Assembly: GCA_036785375.1 (NCBI GenBank)
Contig: JAWMAR010003146.1
Span: 1-64,000, forward strand
DNA from: Leucoraja ocellata
Taxonomy: Eukaryota
Length of the DNA stretch: 64,000 nucleotides
Direction: 5' to 3'
In this document: in pieces, positions 59,501-64,000 of the stretch
Layout of the letters: every line of letters starts with the position of its first letter
How positions within the stretch are numbered: position 1 is the stretch's first letter
Made by a program: the position numbers and the translations under genes
Notes under the pieces: generated by a model
Databases searched by the model: none
What the model was told of the DNA's origin: nothing
The model's input: the letters and a program-made list of their open reading frames with translations, nothing else

Positions 59501-59848
59501 TTATGGGGAGCAAATGAAATTCTTATTGAATATTCAAGTGAGTTGTGTAAAAGACTTGGCAACAATACTGAAGTTTTGTTTTCTTTCAAAATGGCAATAG
59601 ATTTGAACTGTATAAGAATAAAATGAAGAACATATTAATAAACTTGCAAGTGTGTTAGTATGGCCTCCAATTGTCCCCACCAGCTAAATAATTGCACAAA
59701 TGATTATTATTTGAGATCCACTGGAGCTCAGTTACTGAGATTTTTATTGGATCTTTTTCAGCCAAAGCTTCTACATAAAGTTGTGGAATGCCTGGAAGCA
59801 ATAGACTTTGTCACCATCACCCTTTCCAAGGGAGATTCCAAGTTCATG
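44520..59848 (+). CDS. POLB: DNA polymerase beta, 3'-partial. Exons 44520-44580, 45306-45363, 46372-46438, 46616-46690, 47733-47791, 48394-48443, 49210-49261, 51278-51332, 53295-53367, 54066-54136, 59762-59848
   Basis: [29 protein letters not shown]...[17 protein letters not shown]...[14 protein letters not shown]...[21 protein letters not shown]...[10 protein letters not shown]; all phases consistent. Confidence 0.98.
44610..45060. repeat. Polypyrimidine (C/T) low-complexity tract in POLB intron 1
   Basis: Seen directly. Confidence 0.9.
45306..45363 (+). CDS. POLB: POLB exon 2
   Basis: [18 protein letters not shown]. Confidence 0.95.
45805..46122 (-). mobile_element. V-SINE (HE1-like)
   Basis: Reverse complement of the same SINE. 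Confidence 0.85.
46372..46438 (+). CDS. POLB: POLB exon 3
   Basis: [22 protein letters not shown]. Confidence 0.95.
46616..46690 (+). CDS. POLB: POLB exon 4 (dRP lyase Lys72)
   Basis: [25 protein letters not shown]. Confidence 0.95.
47733..47791 (+). CDS. POLB: POLB exon 5
   Basis: [19 protein letters not shown]. Confidence 0.95.
48394..48443 (+). CDS. POLB: POLB exon 6
   Basis: [16 protein letters not shown]. Confidence 0.95.
49210..49261 (+). CDS. POLB: POLB exon 7
   Basis: [16 protein letters not shown]. Confidence 0.94.
51278..51332 (+). CDS. POLB: POLB exon 8
   Basis: [18 protein letters not shown]. Confidence 0.95.
52540..52960 (+). mobile_element. L1-type ORF2 fragment interrupted by a Penelope-type element (52613-52708, 16-bp TSD TGGATCAACAACCAGA)
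   Basis: [16 protein letters not shown]...[18 protein letters not shown] resembles the fish L1 ORF2 C-terminal region. Confidence 0.7.
53295..53367 (+). CDS. POLB: POLB exon 9
   Basis: [24 protein letters not shown]. Confidence 0.95.
53620..53875 (+). mobile_element. Degraded Penelope RT/linker fragment
   Basis: ...KRGFP...[15 protein letters not shown]-like translation. Confidence 0.6.
54066..54136 (+). CDS. POLB: POLB exon 10 (catalytic Asp190/Asp192)
   Basis: [23 protein letters not shown]. Confidence 0.96.
55523..56559. mobile_element. About 1-kb non-autonomous DNA transposon
   Basis: TIRs TAGCAATGTTACAAAA and TTTTGCAACATACCTA; TSD CATCATG. Confidence 0.75.
59762..59848 (+). CDS. POLB: POLB exon 11
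   Basis: [29 protein letters not shown]. Confidence 0.95.
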
Positions 59849-60044
59849 GTAAGTAATATTTCTCCAGTTGCTGCAATGAGAAAACAATAAACAAAAGCAG
59901 AATTTTACTTTTTTGTCAGTCTGGAATTGTCTCCCTTTCACCCATTGTATTAAAATCACAAATAAAATGATGGAAGAGTGGATTTTAGATGACTTCATCA
60001 AATATGTATATACCAACATCCTAGTCATAATCATATTCCTGTGG

Positions 60045-60363
60045 TGGCACGGTGGCGCAGCGGTAGAGTTGCTGCCTTACCGCGCTTGCAGCGCCAGAGA
60101 CCCGGGATCGATCCCGACTACGGGTGCTGTCTGTACGGAGTTTGTACTTTCTCCCCGTGACCGCGTGTGTTTTCTCCGAGACCTCCAGTTTCCTCCCACA
60201 CTCCAAACACGTACAGGTTTGTAGGTTAATTGGCTTGGTTTTGTATACTTGGTATAAGTGTCCCTAGTGTGTGTAGGCTTGTGTTAATGTGCGGGGATCG
60301 CTGGTCCGTGCGGACACGGTGAGCCGAAGGGCCTGTTGCTGCACTGTATCTCTAAACTAAACT
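60045..60363 (+). mobile_element. V-SINE (HE1-like)
   Basis: Full-length copy. Confidence 0.87.
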
Positions 60364-62579
60364 GCATGGAAGCAGGCCCTTCAGCCCACCTTGTCATATT
60401 GAGCTAGTCCCATTTGCCTGTGTTTGTCCCATAGCCCTCTAAACCGTTCCTATCTATCTTGTCCAAATGTCTTTGAAAAGTCATAATTTTATCCACTTCC
60501 ATAGCTTCCTCTGGTTCTTTCCAGATATGGACTACACTCTGTGAAAACAATTCTCCTGAATTCCCTCATAAATCTCTTCCTTATGACATAGGCTTAGATT
60601 CATCAGGATCTTAAAGTTATGCCGTCTAGGTTTAGATTCCTCGACTCTGAAATAGATTGTGAGCGTTCACATTATCCATGCCTCTCAGGATCTTGTACAT
60701 CTTAATAAGGTCACCCCTCGGCCTCCTATGCTCCAAAGAAAAAAGTCCTTGCCTATCTAACCTCTCCATGTAATTCAAACCTGCAAACCCAGGCAACATC
60801 CAGATGAATCTCCGCTGTACCCTTTCCAGCTGAATGATATTTTCATTTAGCTGGGTGACCAGAACTCCATATTGTACTCCATTCAGTACTGGATAGTTTT
60901 GGGGCCATTGCTTTGATGACAAATTAGACTGTCTGTGGAACTGATGCGCTATAATACTGAGAACTAATTCTGCACTCTGTATCTTCCCCTTTGCTCTATC
61001 TATTGTAGAAACATAGAAAATAGGTGCAGGAGTAGCCAATTCGGCCCTTCGAGCCTGCACCGCCATTCAATATAATCATGGCTGATCATCCAACTCCGTA
61101 TCCTGTACCTGCTTTCTCTCCATACCCCCTGATCCCTTTAGCCACAAGGGACACATCTAACTCCCTCTTATATATAGCCAATGAACTGGCCTCAAATACA
61201 TTCTGTGGCAGAGACTTCCACAGATTCACCACTCTGTGTAAAAAATGTTTTTCTCATCTCAGTCCTAAAAGATTTCCCCTTTATCCTTAAACTGTGACCC
61301 CTTGTTCTGGACTTCCCCAACATCGGGAACAATCTTCCTGCATCTAGCCTGTCCAACCCCTTAAGAATTTTGTAATTTTCTATAAGATCCCCCCTCAATC
61401 TTCTAAATTATAGCGAGTACAAGCCGAGTCTATCCAGTCTTTCTTCATATGAACGTCCTGACATCCCAGGAATCAGTCTGGTGAATCTTTGTACTTGAGT
61501 TGTACTTGAGTTTAACTTAATTGTATTTATTTATATCCAGTATTACCTGATCTGATTAGATAGCATGCAAAACAAAGCTTTCCACTGTACCTCAGTACAG
61601 GTGACAATTATAAACCTGAAGTTAAACATGTTAAATGCATCGATACTATTCACTTCACCCACTCCCTGGAGCAGGGAGTTGCACATTTTCACCACTCTTT
61701 TGATATAACAATTTATTTGGAATGTTCTAATTTCTTGGTAATTGAATTGTGATAGCTTCTGGTAATACTGTTTCCTGTTTTCCTAAATCTACTCTATCAA
61801 AACGATTTTCAATTGCCGTTTCAAAACAAGGTCCCTTAAAACAAACGGGTTGAGCTTGAGTTATTGCTAATCAATATGAACCTCTACAAAGGAATGTAAG
61901 AGGATGCACTTTGGGTTTCATCCAGATCTTTGAAATCAAGTCAGTAATGTTTATCTTAAATTGCTTCCTGTGGGTAAACTGACACCTTCATTTTATCATT
62001 TCAGTCTTTGCTATTCTTTTAAACTTGAAGCACCTGATCTGTGGAAGGTTTTGAACTTTTAATCACATGTTTTCCCTCTGCTTTTGAAGTATTCTGACAA
62101 GTGTGGCGAGCTTTCTGTAGGAGTGGCAGAACACTGCTGGTTTACACTTCAGAAGTCTGTTCATTGATCTTGGTTTAAGATCATCATGAAAGACACTGTG
62201 GTGTCTGTTCACCTGCAACTCTCGTGGCTTTTGAAAACACGAGTTAATTGACTTTCCTCGTAAAGAGGTGTGAAGTACAATTTGATATATAAATATCAAA
62301 ATTAATTTTGGTGTTGAATTACAAGCACAATAACGGTGTCTCCCAAACAAAGATCTTATTATCTCTTGTCAAGATGTGAAGTGATTTTGTTGATTGTGAC
62401 ACGGCTCAGATTGCTGTAACAGGCTACAGAATGAAGTCGGCAGAGTTTGTGGCAATGACACATCTCTCCCTGATGAGCGCAATGTGTTTTGTGGTGATTT
62501 TGAACAGTAGATCAATGGGCTGATGTTGACTGCACCAACAGCCTCGGGTGTATCTCTACACACAGTCACCATCACACAC

Positions 62580-63725
62580 ATCAGATCGGTCTTTCTGAGA
62601 TTGGAAACCCCTGGAAACTGACTGGCAAGGAAGGAGACTTGTCTGTGTCCTCAGAACCTGTACGGACTAGCTGGCAGGAGCATCCGCTGACATATTTAAC
62701 TTTGTCCTACTCCAAACTGAGATTCCCACCTGATTGAAGAAGACCGTTATCCTCTTGGTGACAAGGTAGCGTGCCTTAGTGACTACTGCCCAGTGGATCT
62801 GACATCCATCATCAATCAGCATGTGCTTCAAGAGGCCGGTCATGGTGCACATCGTCATCAGACTCCCAGACAGCCTTGATCCACTGCCACAACAAGTCAA
62901 TACACAATAGGTGCAGGAGTAGGCCATTCGGCCCTTCGAGCCAGCACCGCCATTCAATGTGATCATGGCTGATCATCCCCAATCAGTACCCCGTTCCTGC
63001 CTTCTCCCCATATCCCCTGACTCCGCTAGTTTTAAGAGCCCTATCTAGCTCTCTCTTGAAAGCATCCAGAGAACCTGCCTCCACCACCCTCTGAGGCAGA
63101 GACCTTGGCAGATGACATCTCCATGGCCCCACCCTCGTCCCCAGAACATCAGGATAACAAGGACATTGATGTAGATGTGACTCTATTCACTATGGGTCCA
63201 CATTCAATGCCATAATTCCAACCAAACTCAAGTCCAGACTCCTGGACTAGGGCTCAGTGCAGCCCTCTGCAACTGGATCCTTGACTTCCTGATCCGGAGA
63301 CTGCAATGAGCAAGGATAGGCAACGAAACATCCTCCACAATTCTCAACACCAATGCCCCAAAGGGATGCATTCTCATCCCCTTACTTTCCTCCGTAAACT
63401 CTCAAGACTGTGTGGCCAAATTCAACTCGGACTCCGTTTATACATTTGCAGATGACAGCGCCATGCTGAGCTAGATCTCGACCAATGATGAAACAGAGAG
63501 CTTAGTAGCGTCACGTCAAGACAACAACCACTCCCTCAGTGACAGCAAATTACAAGAGTTGGTCAATAACTTCAGGAAGTGGGGTGGTGTACACGCCCCA
63601 GTCTACATCAGTGGGGACGGTCAGAAGTTTCAGGTTTGCTCGGTGTAAATATCACCCACGGCAAGTATCACCTACTTTCCCAGCACGGCCAAGAAAGTAC
63701 ACCAACACCTCTACTTCCTCAGAAA
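62580..63725 (+). mobile_element. Degraded Rex1/Babar-like LINE RT, interrupted by a CR1 tail
   Basis: VLRTCTD*LAGASADIFN..., FNAIIPTKL, LCNWILDFL and KFNSDSVYTFADD-like motifs. Confidence 0.72.
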
Positions 63726-63726
63726 G

Positions 63727-64000
63727 GGGCAGCGTTAGAGTTGCTGCCTCACAGCGAATGCACGCTGGAGACCCGGGTTCGATCTTGACTACGGCTGCTG
63801 TTTGTACGGAGTTTGTACGTTCTCCCCGTGACCTGCGTGGGTTTTCTTTGAGATCTTCGGTTTCCTCCCACACTCCAAAGACGTACAGGTTTGTAGGTTA
63901 ATTGGTTTGGTAAATGCAAAAATTGTCCCTAGTGGGTGTAGGATAGTGTTAATATGTGGGGATCGCTGGTTGACGTGGACCCGGTGGGCTGAAAGGGCGT
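63727..64000 (+). mobile_element. V-SINE (runs to the window end)
   Basis: B box and V-domain. Confidence 0.82.

Noticed and set aside
59849-64000. POLB exons 12-14
   Set aside because: No GVCQL or RIDIR coding sequence was found; they presumably lie beyond the window.

Overview
Vertebrate genomic DNA, most likely a cartilaginous fish (skate/ray), inferred from the V-SINE/CR1-type repeat landscape. Three + strand multi-exon genes: IKBKB (5' end lies before the window; 19 coding exons, 793-25338), ENKD1 (complete; non-coding first exon near 29.5 kb, CDS 32592-40487, probable 3'-UTR exon near 42.2 kb) and POLB (exons 1-11, 44520-59848; the rest lies beyond the window). The IKBKB reading frame has two 1-bp deletions, probably assembly errors. 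Introns are dense in V-SINEs, CR1/L2/L1/Rex1/Nimb LINE fragments, non-autonomous DNA transposons, a solo LTR and G/C-rich minisatellites. The most notable signal is an abundant family of short Penelope-type insertions (about 30 loci by eye) with 10-18 bp TSDs. They carry a minimal hammerhead ribozyme core (CUGAAGA-A-stem II-GAAA-CG-UH) and often form fold-back palindromes centred on ribozyme stem II. There are four N gaps, all intronic. Nearly all entries in the ORF track are spurious.
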